DNA of 21,177 nt from a bacterium (GCA_044869275.1 JBIOXB010000245.1:1-21177), one strand, 5' to 3'; counted from the stretch's first letter, positions 7,086 to 16,918 are shown. Translations and numbers: made by a program. Notes: generated by a model not told the origin, from the sequence alone.

Positions 7086-9191
7086 TCATCCAATTTGCAC
7101 AAACTCCAGCTTCTCGCGATAATGCTGCAGCAAATGTGCGCGGATGGCTGCGTGTCCGGGCTGGCGCAGTTGTGGATCTTGTCTGGCCAGTGCGAAAGCC
7201 TCGTCGCGGGCCGCGAACAGCAAACTGCTATCGGCAACGATGTCGGCGATTTTGAGCTCCGGCAGGCCGTGCTGCCGTGTGCCGAAAAATTCTCCCGGCC
7301 CGCGCAATGCTAAATCCACTTCCGCAATGCGGAACCCGTCCTGCGTTTCCACCATCGTCTGCAGGCGTTTGCGCGTGTCTTCACCCACGGGCTCGTCCGC
7401 GATCAGGATGCAATAAGACGGCTTTGCCCCGCGCCCGACGCGCCCGCGCAATTGATGCAATTGCGTCAGGCCGAAGCGCTCGGCATGCTCGATCACCATT
7501 ACCGTGGCGTTCGGCACATCGACGCCGACTTCAATCACGGTGGTGGAGATCAAGACCTTGTGCTCGCCAGCTTTGAACGCGGCCATCACTGCTTCTTTTT
7601 CCGCGGTTTTCATGCGACCGTGCAACAGTGCCGGGTTTACTTCCCGGAAAACGCCGGCGCGCAATTGCTCATAACTTTCGGTGGCGGCGGCCAGATCGCT
7701 TTTTTCCGTTTCTTCGACCAGCGGATACACAATGTAGGCCTGCGCGCCGCTGGCGATTTCCTGGTGGATGAACTCATAAATTTGCCTGCGCCGGGTCGAG
7801 GCCCGCCACGCGGTTTTGACCGGCTGGCGGCCCGCGGGCAATTCGTTGATGATCGAAACCTCGAGATCGCCGTACAACGTCATCGACAGCGTGCGCGGAA
7901 TCGGCGTGGCGGTCATCACCAGCACGTCAGGCTGCACACCTTTTTCGCGCAAGGCGGCCCGTTGCATTACGCCGAAGCGATGCTGTTCATCCACCACCAC
8001 GAAGCCCAGGCGCTGAAATTGTGCCGCGCTTTGAATCAGCGCGTGCGTGCCGATGACGATTTGCGCCGTGCCGGCAGCGACTTCGGCTAGGATTTCCTCA
8101 CGCACGCTTTTCTTCTGGCCGCCGATCAGCAAAACGACTTTGATGCCGAGCTGCTCCAAGAACTTGTGGCTGGTGAGATAGTGCTGCTCGGCCAGAATCT
8201 CCGTGGGCGCCATGAGGGCGGCTTGAAAGCCATTCTCCACCGCCATGAGCATGGCAATCAACGCCACCACCGTCTTGCCGGAGCCTACGTCGCCCTGCAA
8301 CAAACGATGCATGGGCCGCGGTGATTTCATATCGGCGCGAATTTCGCGCAACACGCGGCGTTGCGCCTCGGTCAGTTTGAACGGCAGTTTCTCAACCAAT
8401 TCCCAGGTGCGCTCGCCGACCGCGGTAAAGGCGATGCCGCTGGCGCCGGTTTCCAGGGCATGCTTGCGGCACGCGAGAAACAATTCTAAAAAGAACAATT
8501 CATCGAACTTGAGCCGCCCGCGCGCTGACTGCAAGCGCACTTCACTTTCCGGGAAATGAATCTGTGCCATCGCGGCGGGCAATGCGAGCAGATGATATTT
8601 TTTTTTGAGCGCCTCGGGCAGCGGATCGATCAATAAATCTGCAAAATCATCCACGGCGATGCGCAGCAAACGCCGCAGGCCGCGGCTGTCCAGCCCGATT
8701 TTGCCCAGCGCTTCGGACGAGCGATAGAGCGGGATGATCGTGCCGGTGTGCAGGAAGCGCGCCTCGCCTTCTTCGCCCAGCTTGTCGAAGTCCGGGTGGA
8801 TCATGCCGAAGCCGTCGAAAAACGTCACCTTGCCGTGAAACGCGACGTTCTCGCCGCGGCTGAAAACCTTCGGCCAGAGATTGACGCGATTGAACCAAAC
8901 GCATTTCAAAAAGCCGGTGCCGTCCGCCAGCGTCAATTCATAGCGCTGGCGCCGTCCCCCCGGCACCAACCGCCCGGCGTTGATTTTGCCAACGACGGTC
9001 GCTTCGAGCCCCTCGCGCAAATCACGGCATTTGACAATGGTGGAGCGGTCGAGATAACGGCGCGGCAAATAATACAAAAGATCGGCGACCTTCTTGACGC
9101 CGACCTTTTCCAGCTCCGCCGCGCGGGCCGTGCCGATGCCGCGCAGCAAGCGAATTGAAGCCGAGACCGGATCTCTACTTTGGCCGCTCAT
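7086..9191 (-). CDS. recG: ATP-dependent DNA helicase RecG
   Basis: YYLPRRYLDR, OB/wedge domain, RLLQGDVGSGKT (Walker A), MAPTEILAEQH, VVDEQHRFG, MTATPIPRTL, QLHQLRGRVGRG and DLALRGPGEFFGTRQHG. ATG 9191 is preferred over the track start 9224. Confidence 0.97.
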   Translation of the reverse strand: MSGQSRDPVSASIRLLRGIGTARAAELEKVGVKKVADLLYYLPRRYLDRSTIVKCRDLREGLEATVVGKINAGRLVPGGRRQRYELTLADGTGFLKCVWFNRVNLWPKVFSRGENVAFHGKVTFFDGFGMIHPDFDKLGEEGEARFLHTGTIIPLYRSSEALGKIGLDSRGLRRLLRIAVDDFADLLIDPLPEALKKKYHLLALPAAMAQIHFPESEVRLQSARGRLKFDELFFLELFLACRKHALETGASGIAFTAVGERTWELVEKLPFKLTEAQRRVLREIRADMKSPRPMHRLLQGDVGSGKTVVALIAMLMAVENGFQAALMAPTEILAEQHYLTSHKFLEQLGIKVVLLIGGQKKSVREEILAEVAAGTAQIVIGTHALIQSAAQFQRLGFVVVDEQHRFGVMQRAALREKGVQPDVLVMTATPIPRTLSMTLYGDLEVSIINELPAGRQPVKTAWRASTRRRQIYEFIHQEIASGAQAYIVYPLVEETEKSDLAAATESYEQLRAGVFREVNPALLHGRMKTAEKEAVMAAFKAGEHKVLISTTVIEVGVDVPNATVMVIEHAERFGLTQLHQLRGRVGRGAKPSYCILIADEPVGEDTRKRLQTMVETQDGFRIAEVDLALRGPGEFFGTRQHGLPELKIADIVADSSLLFAARDEAFALARQDPQLRQPGHAAIRAHLLQHYREKLEFVQIG

Positions 9192-9246
9192 ATTGCTCGC
9201 GTCCGCACGTCGAGGCGCTATCACGTTTGATTTTACACCTCTTTTT

Positions 9247-9317
9247 TGTCATGCAAAGGGAATCTTCTGACGCACGCGCACGGTGCTTGATCTCGCCGAA
9301 ATTCTCGCGGAATGACA
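9247..9317. repeat. Further copy of the REP-like family seen at 3507-3586 (opposite orientation)
   Basis: TGTCATGCAAAGGGAATCT...AAATTCTCGCGGAATGACA. It shares the internal core GGAATCTTnTGACGCACnnGCACnGTGCTT with the reverse complement of 3541-3586. Confidence 0.8.
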
Positions 9318-9360
9318 TCAGAGTGTTGGGCAAGGCAAGGGTGATGCAAAACTGGAGGCC

Positions 9361-10722
9361 TCACCACGTGCGAAAAACCGTGTACTCCACTTCCGCTTTG
9401 CCACGCGCGGGCACGTTCAACTTCCACTCCGCGGTGGTGGCGTCTTTCTTCGTGCTCTGCACGGTTTGCTCGCGCAGCGTCCAATCGCCGCTGAAATGCT
9501 CGACCACGTTGATGGCCACGGCCTCGTTTTTGTGATTGCGAATTTCGATCTTCACTCTTTCTTCATTGGCGCGCTCGCCCATTTGGCGGAAGCTCACGCG
9601 CGTGCGCTCGCCGACGATATCGAACGCATCGCCCACGTTCACGCGAACTTCTTCGTCTCGCGGCGTGTGATCGAGCAAGTCTTCGCCCACCAAAACTTGC
9701 GCCTCACCCTCGGGTTTGTACAAGCGCACTTTGCCCGCCGGCAGGGCCAGGCCCAGGCCGTTCTCTTTGCTGTTTTTAAAATTCAGCGTCACGTTGACTT
9801 TTTTCGCATCGCGCGTGGCGTCATAAATATATTCTTTCTTCACCGGCGTGCGCGCCGTGGGCATGAGATCGATTTGTTTTTGCTGGCGATCTTTCAAGGT
9901 CGAAGCCCGTGTGAGAGTGTACAAATGATATTCAAAAAATTCCTTTTCTTCGAAGCTTTGCACGGACTCTGCCATCATGGCGGTTTCGTACGCTTTGCGC
10001 ATATAGCGCTGCGGCGGCTGCGCGCGATGGATGGTGCCCGCGACCAGCAGCAATTGCGCCTCGGGATAGGTTGCGCCGGTTTGATTGTCGATCGAAACCC
10101 AGCCGGACAAATCCAGATTGCGATCGTCCTGGTCCAGCACTCCGACATATTCCGCGTGCCAGCTCATGCCCGTGGTCAAATAAGAAAGCTCGACGCGCTG
10201 TTTGTTCGGCCCGTCGTTTTCAACGCTCCACACTAGGGTCGGCCGCGTGATCAAACCTTCCGGCAATTTCGGCAAGTCGGTGGAAACCACCTCGCTCACA
10301 TTGAGAATCTTGAGGGATTGGTCATCCGCTTGCAAGACCAGGTTGCCGCTGGCGCTCAACAATTTGCCGGCAACGGCCGTGCCTTGCTTGGTGCTGAGCT
10401 GGACTCTTTCATCGAGATAGCGGCTGAGAATTTTTTCCGCGCTGACCAGATCGAATTCAAAGTTTTGCTCCAGCACGCGCACCGCCGCAGGGTGGGACAA
10501 GGAGCGAAAATGCACGGAAGTCGGATCGATGTAAGCGGCGACGTCGCGAAAGGAATAGAGGCCTTGGGGCTTGGGCAATTCCACTTCGCGGGTTTCGTGC
10601 ACGAGCGCGAGATTATCATTATAGACCGTTACACGCACGTTTTGGTTTTGCGCGGCCGCGATATGCACCGTGGCTAAAAGCCAAAGTGCGCCCGCGCCGA
10701 GCAATCGCTGTATGACAGTCAT
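9361..10722 (-). CDS. DUF4139 (with N-terminal DUF4140-like region) exported protein
   Basis: Signal peptide MTVIQRLLGAGALWLLATVHIAAA. Motifs VTVYNDNLALVHETR, IDPTSV, VLEQNFEFDL, LSYLTTGMSWHAEY, FFEYHLY and GLGLALPAGKVRLY. Putative ribosome-binding site GGAAAGGA upstream of ATG 10722. Confidence 0.85.
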   Translation of the reverse strand: MTVIQRLLGAGALWLLATVHIAAAQNQNVRVTVYNDNLALVHETREVELPKPQGLYSFRDVAAYIDPTSVHFRSLSHPAAVRVLEQNFEFDLVSAEKILSRYLDERVQLSTKQGTAVAGKLLSASGNLVLQADDQSLKILNVSEVVSTDLPKLPEGLITRPTLVWSVENDGPNKQRVELSYLTTGMSWHAEYVGVLDQDDRNLDLSGWVSIDNQTGATYPEAQLLLVAGTIHRAQPPQRYMRKAYETAMMAESVQSFEEKEFFEYHLYTLTRASTLKDRQQKQIDLMPTARTPVKKEYIYDATRDAKKVNVTLNFKNSKENGLGLALPAGKVRLYKPEGEAQVLVGEDLLDHTPRDEEVRVNVGDAFDIVGERTRVSFRQMGERANEERVKIEIRNHKNEAVAINVVEHFSGDWTLREQTVQSTKKDATTAEWKLNVPARGKAEVEYTVFRTW

Positions 10723-10762
10723 AACATTCCTTTCCCAGATTTGGTATGAGCAGGATTCTTTC

Positions 10763-13468
10763 TCACTCACTCAAATGCCGCAGGCTACTCACTATACGCT
10801 GCAAGCTGCCCTCAAATTCCGTCTTTTTTTGGCGTTCGCGCTCCACCACTTCCTGCGGCGCCTTGGCAATGAAGTCATGACTGTACAGGCGTTGATTCAG
10901 GCCCTCGAGCAGTTTTTCCAGGCGCGCTTGTTCCTTTTGCAGGCGTTGGCGCTCGACTTGAACATCGATCAAACCGGCCAACGGCAGAAAGATTTCAAAA
11001 TTTTTCACCACCGCGGTGGCCGCGAGTTTCGGGCGCTCGAGCTCACGCTGATAGGTAAGATTCTTCACGCGCGCGAGGTGGGTGAAATAACGTTCATGGC
11101 GCGCGATCAATTCCGGACTCTGGCCGTTACCGCCGGACACGAGCACATCAGCGGTTTTGCCGTTGGGCACGTTCATTTCGCCGCGCAGGTTGCGAATAGC
11201 GCCGATCATTTCTTGCAGGAGCGAGAAATCCGTTTTCGCGGCCGCGTCTTCGAATTCCGGCAAGCCTGCGGGCCAGGACGTGGTCATGATGCTTTCGGAT
11301 TCGTGCCTTCCCAGCGCGATGTTGTTTTCCGCGCCCTCACCGCGCCATATCGCTTCGCTGATGAACGGCGCAAACGGATGCAGCAGCTTCATGGTATTCT
11401 TCAGCACGAACGCGGCAATCATCAATGCGGTGCGCCGGGCTTGCTCGTCGCTGCCGTGCAAGCGCGGCTTGATCAATTCCAAATACCAATCGCAGTATTC
11501 TTTCCAAAAGAAATTGTACAAGGCGTCGATGGCTTCGTGAAAACGAAAATCCTCCAAGGCCCTGGTCAAATGCTGCACCGCCTCGCTGTAGCGCGCGAGC
11601 AGCCAGCGGTCGGCCAGCTCCAGGCGCTGCGCCACCTTCGCGGTTTGCAAAGATTCCACATGCGCGGCGCGCACGATTTCTTCGTTTAAATGGGGAGCGA
11701 GGAAGCGATAGGCGTTCCAAATCTTATTCGTGAAATTCCGGCCCAATTCGAGGTCGCGTTCCGCGAGATTGATGTCCGCGCCTTCGCTGCTGAGCATCAG
11801 CAAAGACAGCCGCACGGCGTCGGCGGAATACTTCGCAATCATATCCAGCGGGTCGATGCCGTTGCCCAGCGACTTGCTCATCTTGCGGCCCTGCGCGTCG
11901 CGCACGATGCCGTGCAAGTAAACGTTGCGGAACGGAATATCGCCCATGAACTCCAGGCCGGCCATGATCATGCGCGCCACCCAAAAGAAAATGATCTCGT
12001 TGCCGCTCACCAGCGTGCTGCCGGGATAGAAGTATTTCAGCTCCGGCGTTTTTTCCGGCCAGCCGAAAGTGGAGAACGGCCAGAGCCAGGAGCTGAACCA
12101 GGTGTCCAGCACATCGGGATCGCGTTTCCAGTTTTCAGCATCAACCGGGCCGCTCACGGAGCAATGCATTTCGCCTGTGGTTTTGTGATACCACACCGGA
12201 ATTTGATGGCCCCACCACAATTGCCGCGAGATGCACCAATCGCGGATGTTTTCCATCCAATGCAGGTAAACTTTGTTCCAGCGCGCCGGGCGAATCTGAA
12301 TTTGGCCGCTGCGCACTGCCTCGAGCGCCGGCCCGGCCAGCGGCTTCATTTTCACGAACCATTGCGTGGAGAGGTACGGCTCGACCACGGTATGGCAGCG
12401 ATAACAATGCCCCACGGCGCGCGCGTGATCTTCGATTTTATCGATCAATTCGTCGCGCTCCAGTTGCTCCACCACGCGCCGACGGGCCTCCATGCGGTCC
12501 AGGCCTTCGTACGGCCCGGCGTTGGCGTTCATGGTGCCGTCCTCATTCATCACCAGAATCGGCTCGAGCTGATGGCGCTCACCCATGAGAAAATCATTGG
12601 GATCGTGCGCCGGCGTCACTTTCACTGCACCGCTGCCGAATTTTGGATCGACGGCGGCGTCGGCAATGATGGGAATTTTGCGATGCAAAATCGGCAGCCA
12701 CAGGGTTTTGCCGATCAAACTTTTGTAACGCTTATCCTCCGGATGCACCGCCACCGCCACGTCGCCCAGCATCGTTTCGGGCCGCGTCGTCGCCACGATC
12801 AGGAAACGCTTGCTGCGATAGAGCGGATATTTGATGTACCAAAGATTGCCGTTGATTTCGCGGTGCTCGGCCTCTTCGTCCGATAACGCGGTCATGCAAC
12901 GCGGGCACCAGTTGATGATGTATTTGCCGCGATAAATCAGGCCTTTGTGGAAAAGGCGCACGAACACTTCGGCCACGGCGCGCGACAAGCCTTCGTCCAT
13001 CGTGAAGCGCGTGCGTTCCCAATCACAGGCGCAGCCGAGTTTCTTGAGCTGCTCGATGATGATCGAACCGTACTTTTCCTTCCACTCCCACACGCGGCGC
13101 ACGAAGGCTTCGCGGCCGAGATCGTGGCGGGTGATTTTCTCAGTTTTGGCGAGATGTTTTTCCACCACGTTTTGCGTGGCAATGCCAGCGTGATCCGTTC
13201 CCGGCATCCATTCCGCTTGGTCGCCGCGCATTTTATGGAAACGTATGAGGATGTCTTGCAGGGTGTTGTCGTAAGCATGCCCCATGTGCAACTGCGCCGT
13301 CACATTCGGCGGCGGGATGACGATGGTATAGGGTTTTTTATTGGGATTAACTCCGGCGTGAAAGAGATTTTGATCCAACCAAAACTGATATAGGCGATCC
13401 TCGATTTCTTTGGGGTTATAGATTCTCTCGAGGCCGTGTCTGCCGGAATCGCTGTTGTTTTCTGACAT
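10763..13468 (-). CDS. valS: Valine--tRNA ligase
   Basis: PPPNVT...HMGH (HIGH motif), GTDHAGIATQ, ATTRPETMLGD, VKVTPAHD, DWCISRQLWWGH, KMSKSLGN and a C-terminal coiled-coil arm. Confidence 0.98.
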   Translation of the reverse strand: MSENNSDSGRHGLERIYNPKEIEDRLYQFWLDQNLFHAGVNPNKKPYTIVIPPPNVTAQLHMGHAYDNTLQDILIRFHKMRGDQAEWMPGTDHAGIATQNVVEKHLAKTEKITRHDLGREAFVRRVWEWKEKYGSIIIEQLKKLGCACDWERTRFTMDEGLSRAVAEVFVRLFHKGLIYRGKYIINWCPRCMTALSDEEAEHREINGNLWYIKYPLYRSKRFLIVATTRPETMLGDVAVAVHPEDKRYKSLIGKTLWLPILHRKIPIIADAAVDPKFGSGAVKVTPAHDPNDFLMGERHQLEPILVMNEDGTMNANAGPYEGLDRMEARRRVVEQLERDELIDKIEDHARAVGHCYRCHTVVEPYLSTQWFVKMKPLAGPALEAVRSGQIQIRPARWNKVYLHWMENIRDWCISRQLWWGHQIPVWYHKTTGEMHCSVSGPVDAENWKRDPDVLDTWFSSWLWPFSTFGWPEKTPELKYFYPGSTLVSGNEIIFFWVARMIMAGLEFMGDIPFRNVYLHGIVRDAQGRKMSKSLGNGIDPLDMIAKYSADAVRLSLLMLSSEGADINLAERDLELGRNFTNKIWNAYRFLAPHLNEEIVRAAHVESLQTAKVAQRLELADRWLLARYSEAVQHLTRALEDFRFHEAIDALYNFFWKEYCDWYLELIKPRLHGSDEQARRTALMIAAFVLKNTMKLLHPFAPFISEAIWRGEGAENNIALGRHESESIMTTSWPAGLPEFEDAAAKTDFSLLQEMIGAIRNLRGEMNVPNGKTADVLVSGGNGQSPELIARHERYFTHLARVKNLTYQRELERPKLAATAVVKNFEIFLPLAGLIDVQVERQRLQKEQARLEKLLEGLNQRLYSHDFIAKAPQEVVERERQKKTEFEGSLQRIVSSLRHLSE

Positions 13469-13601
13469 AAAGAGTTACCTTCAAACCGATGGTTACGGTT
13501 TACCTCTTGCTGTTTACATTTGACGAGTGAAGTCCTAATTGACGCGAACAAGTCATCCGCAAAACGTGCGCCAAAAACTTGTGCGTTTAATTTAAGCTTA
13601 A

Positions 13602-13630
13602 AATATAGGCATTTGCTGAGGGTAAGTCAA
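13602..13630 (-). promoter_or_regulatory. Sigma70-type promoter for the valS run
   Basis: On the minus strand: TTGACT (13630-13625), a 17-nt spacer, then TATATT (13607-13602), in an AT-rich divergent intergenic region about 130 nt upstream of valS. Confidence 0.7.
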
Positions 13631-13663
13631 TGAAATTGTCGTGGCAGAGAAAGCGGTTGATTC

Positions 13664-13692
13664 TTGTTGAATTTTTAACTAATGTTTATTTT
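13664..13692 (+). promoter_or_regulatory. Possible sigma70-type promoter for hutH-guaB
   Basis: TTGTTG (13664-13669), a 17-nt spacer, then TATTTT (13687-13692), in very AT-rich DNA 40 nt before the hutH ATG. This is a weaker match. Confidence 0.4.
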
Positions 13693-13731
13693 TATTAAAA
13701 AATATTCACTCACTCGCCGCCGAAGAAAAAC

Positions 13732-15252
13732 ATGCTCGAGCTCGATGGCAGATCACTCACCTTGGAAGCGCTGGAACGCCTTGCCGCTGGCGCGCACGAA
13801 GTGCGGCTGGCAGAAGCGGCCCTGCAGCGCATGGCTGCTGCACGCGCGGTGGTGAACCGGATGCTACAGGAGGGCAAGGTAATTTACGGTGTGAACACCG
13901 GCTTCGGCAAGCTCAGCGACGTGCGCATTCCCCAAGAAGACATCAAAAAGCTGCAACGTAATCTCATTCTCAGCCATGCGTGCGGATCCGGTGCCTCGTT
14001 GTCGCGTCCCGAGGTGCGCGCGGTGCTGGCGCTGAAAACGAACGCGCTGCTCAACGCGCATTCGGGCTGCCGGGCGGTGGTTGCGCAATATTTGCAGCGG
14101 CTGCTGCAAGCTGATATTCTGCCCGTGATTCCCGAAAAAGGCTCGGTCGGCGCTTCCGGCGATCTCGCACCATTGGCTCATCTCTCACTGGTTTTGATCG
14201 GCCTGGGCGAGGCGTGGGTCAAGGACAAAAAACTCGGCGGCAAAGAGGCATTGCGCACGCTTGACTTGGCGCCTTTGGAATTGGAAGCCAAGGAAGGACT
14301 GGCGTTACTCAATGGCACGCAGTTCATGACGGCTGTTGGCGCATTAGCTTGTGCCCAGTTGTCGAATTTGGTGCGCACCGCGGATGTCTGCGGTGCGATG
14401 TCGGCGGAGGCATTGCTGTGCACATCGCTGGCGTTTGATCCCCGCATCCAAGTCGCGCGCGGCTATGCCGGCCAGCAACAAGTCGCGGCGAATTTGCGCC
14501 ACTTGATGGCCGGCAGCCCGATTCGCGCCTCGCATTTGGAAAGCCACCGTGTGCAGGACGCCTATTCCGTGCGCTGCATGCCGCAAGTGCACGGCGCGAT
14601 TCGCGATTTTTTGGCACCGTTGCGCGAGGTTTTCAGCGTCGAATTGAACGCCTCAACCGACAATCCCTTGGTGTTCGCCGAAGATCATGAAATTCTCTCC
14701 GGCGGAAATTTTCACGGCCATCCAATTTCCACGGCGTGTGATTTCATGGCGATTCTGGCGACACAACTGGCCAACATCAGCGAGCGCCGCATTGCATTCG
14801 CGCTGGATCCAAACATGAGCGGGCTGCCCGCGTTTCTGGTCAAGCGCAGCGGCCTCAATTCCGGCATGATGATCGCACACGTCGCGGCCGCGGCCCTGGT
14901 TTCTGAAAACAAAGTTTTGAGCCATCCCGCTTCGGTTGATTCGATTCCGACTTCGGCGAACCAGGAAGATTACGTCAGCATGGGCGCAGCCGCAGCAGTA
15001 AAAGCACGCCAGGCCGTGAAAAATGCCACGAATGTCTTGGCCATCGAGTTGTTGTGCGCATGCCAGGCGCTGGATTTGCGCGCCCCGCTGGAGCCCGGCC
15101 CGGCGACGAAAGCCGTGCGCCAGCTCGTGCGCGGGCATGTGCCGCATCTAGCGGATGACCGCCTGCTGGGGCAAGATATTGAAGCGCTCGTGAATCTCAT
15201 TCTTTCCGGTGAAGTCATACGGGCCGCGCAGGCGGTGGTGGGAGAATTGTGA
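13732..15252 (+). CDS. hutH: Histidine ammonia-lyase
   Basis: YGVNTGFG, LILSHACG (Ser-His specificity pair typical of HAL), the MIO-forming GSVGASGDLAPL, KEGLALLNGTQ, QDAYSVRC, GGNFHG and SANQEDYVSMG. Confidence 0.93.
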   Translation: MLELDGRSLTLEALERLAAGAHEVRLAEAALQRMAAARAVVNRMLQEGKVIYGVNTGFGKLSDVRIPQEDIKKLQRNLILSHACGSGASLSRPEVRAVLALKTNALLNAHSGCRAVVAQYLQRLLQADILPVIPEKGSVGASGDLAPLAHLSLVLIGLGEAWVKDKKLGGKEALRTLDLAPLELEAKEGLALLNGTQFMTAVGALACAQLSNLVRTADVCGAMSAEALLCTSLAFDPRIQVARGYAGQQQVAANLRHLMAGSPIRASHLESHRVQDAYSVRCMPQVHGAIRDFLAPLREVFSVELNASTDNPLVFAEDHEILSGGNFHGHPISTACDFMAILATQLANISERRIAFALDPNMSGLPAFLVKRSGLNSGMMIAHVAAAALVSENKVLSHPASVDSIPTSANQEDYVSMGAAAAVKARQAVKNATNVLAIELLCACQALDLRAPLEPGPATKAVRQLVRGHVPHLADDRLLGQDIEALVNLILSGEVIRAAQAVVGEL

Positions 15253-15451
15253 GGTTACCTCCCCGGCGCCGCAGGAAATGGTGAAGATTTTTGCCGAGAT
15301 CGGACTGGCAGGGCCATTTTGGGATCCGAACGCGGACCGTTGGACGGCAAGCGGCTAAAGGCTTCATGCCGTTCAAGCAGAGCCATCATCGTACCTTTGC
15401 AATCCACGGAAACACACTCAAAAAACGCGAAAAGCAGCCGGGGTTCTTAAA

Positions 15452-16918
15452 ATGGAAAAAATTCTCTTTGAAGCCCTCACCTTCGACGATGTGCTGCTCG
15501 TGCCGCAATACTCGTCGATCCTGCCGCGGGAAGTCGATCTCTCCACGCATTTGACCCGCCGCATCAAACTCAATATCCCGTTGCTGAGTGCCGCCATGGA
15601 CACCGTCACTGAAGCGCGCTTCGCGATTGCGCTGGCGCGGCAGGGCGGCCTCGGCATCATTCACAAGAACATGCCGCTCGAAAAGCAAGCCAGCGAAGTG
15701 GATGCGGTGAAGCGCTCGGAAAGCGGCATGATCGACAATCCCATCACCTTGTCTTCCCAACAGTCCGTGGCCGAGGCACTGGAGCTGATGAAACGCTATC
15801 GCATTTCCGGTATTCCGGTGGTCGACGGCGAAAAACTGGTGGGCATTTTGACCAATCGCGATTTGCGTTTTGAAATTGACGAGCGCCAGCCCGTGGCGGA
15901 TATCATGACCAGGGAGAATCTCGTCACGGCGCGCGTCGGTACCACACTCGACGAAGCCGAACGCCTGCTGCAGAAGCATCGTATTGAAAAGCTTTTGATC
16001 GTGGACGAGCGCGCCCGTTTGAAAGGCCTGATCACGGTCAAGGACATTCAAAAGAAAAAAATGTTCCCGCTCGCGGCCAAAGACGAACGCGGCCGTTTGC
16101 GTGTGGGCGCCGCGGTGGGAGTAGCGCGAGACACCATGGCGCGCGCCGCGGCCTTGGTGCAGGCGCAAGCCGATGTGCTGGCGGTCGATACCGCGCACGG
16201 CCATTCCGAGGGGGTGCTGCGCACCGTGCGGCAATTGCGCGAGATGTACCCCGATCTCGATTTGATCGCGGGCAACGTTGCCACGAGTGAAGGAGCGCAG
16301 GCTTTGATCGAGGCGGGGGTGAATGCCGTCAAAGTCGGCATTGGCCCCGGATCAATTTGCACCACGCGCGTGGTGGCGGGCGTGGGTGTGCCGCAAATCA
16401 CCGCGATTTTCGAATGCGCCAAAGTTTGCAAGCGCGCCAATATTCCCCTCATCGCCGACGGCGGCGTCAAGCAAACCGGCGACATTGCCAAAGCCATTGT
16501 GGCTGGCGCGGACACGGTAATGATCGGGGGCATGTTTGCCGGCACGGAAGAGGCGCCGGGAGAAACAATTTATTTGGAAGGCCGCAGCTACAAGAGCTTT
16601 CGCGGCATGGGTTCGATTGGCGCCATGCGCAGCGGCAGCGGCGATCGTTATTTTCAAGAAGGCGAAACCAGCGAGAAGAAATTCGTGCCGGAAGGCATCG
16701 AAGGGCGCGTGCCGTTTCGCGGCCGTCTGGCGGAGGTGGTGTTTCAAATGGTGGGCGGCCTGCGCGCCTCCATGGGCTATGCCGGTGCCGCCACGATCCG
16801 CGATTTGCAAGCCAAAGGCAAATTCGTCAAGATCACCAACGCCGGCCTGCGCGAAAGCCATCCGCACGATGTGATTATCACCCAAGAAGCACCGAATTAC
16901 AAGTTGCACGGACGATGA
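15452..16918 (+). CDS. guaB: IMP dehydrogenase with a CBS pair
   Basis: [20 protein letters not shown], two CBS domains, DTAHGHS, the catalytic loop [21 protein letters not shown] and VPEGIEG. Confidence 0.98.
   Translation: MEKILFEALTFDDVLLVPQYSSILPREVDLSTHLTRRIKLNIPLLSAAMDTVTEARFAIALARQGGLGIIHKNMPLEKQASEVDAVKRSESGMIDNPITLSSQQSVAEALELMKRYRISGIPVVDGEKLVGILTNRDLRFEIDERQPVADIMTRENLVTARVGTTLDEAERLLQKHRIEKLLIVDERARLKGLITVKDIQKKKMFPLAAKDERGRLRVGAAVGVARDTMARAAALVQAQADVLAVDTAHGHSEGVLRTVRQLREMYPDLDLIAGNVATSEGAQALIEAGVNAVKVGIGPGSICTTRVVAGVGVPQITAIFECAKVCKRANIPLIADGGVKQTGDIAKAIVAGADTVMIGGMFAGTEEAPGETIYLEGRSYKSFRGMGSIGAMRSGSGDRYFQEGETSEKKFVPEGIEGRVPFRGRLAEVVFQMVGGLRASMGYAGAATIRDLQAKGKFVKITNAGLRESHPHDVIITQEAPNYKLHGR

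Noticed and set aside
1..9317. CRISPR array or integron attC cassette array
   Set aside because: The repeats are dispersed, belong to different families and are not regularly spaced. No cas or integrase gene is present, and the intervening genes include housekeeping recG.
13469..13600. T-box riboswitch upstream of valS
   Set aside because: No T-box consensus (GGTGGnACCGCG) or terminator/antiterminator was seen on the minus strand, and the leader is short.
15253..15451. Purine or other riboswitch upstream of guaB
   Set aside because: No recognisable aptamer consensus or expression-platform terminator by eye. An Rfam/Infernal scan would be the decisive test.
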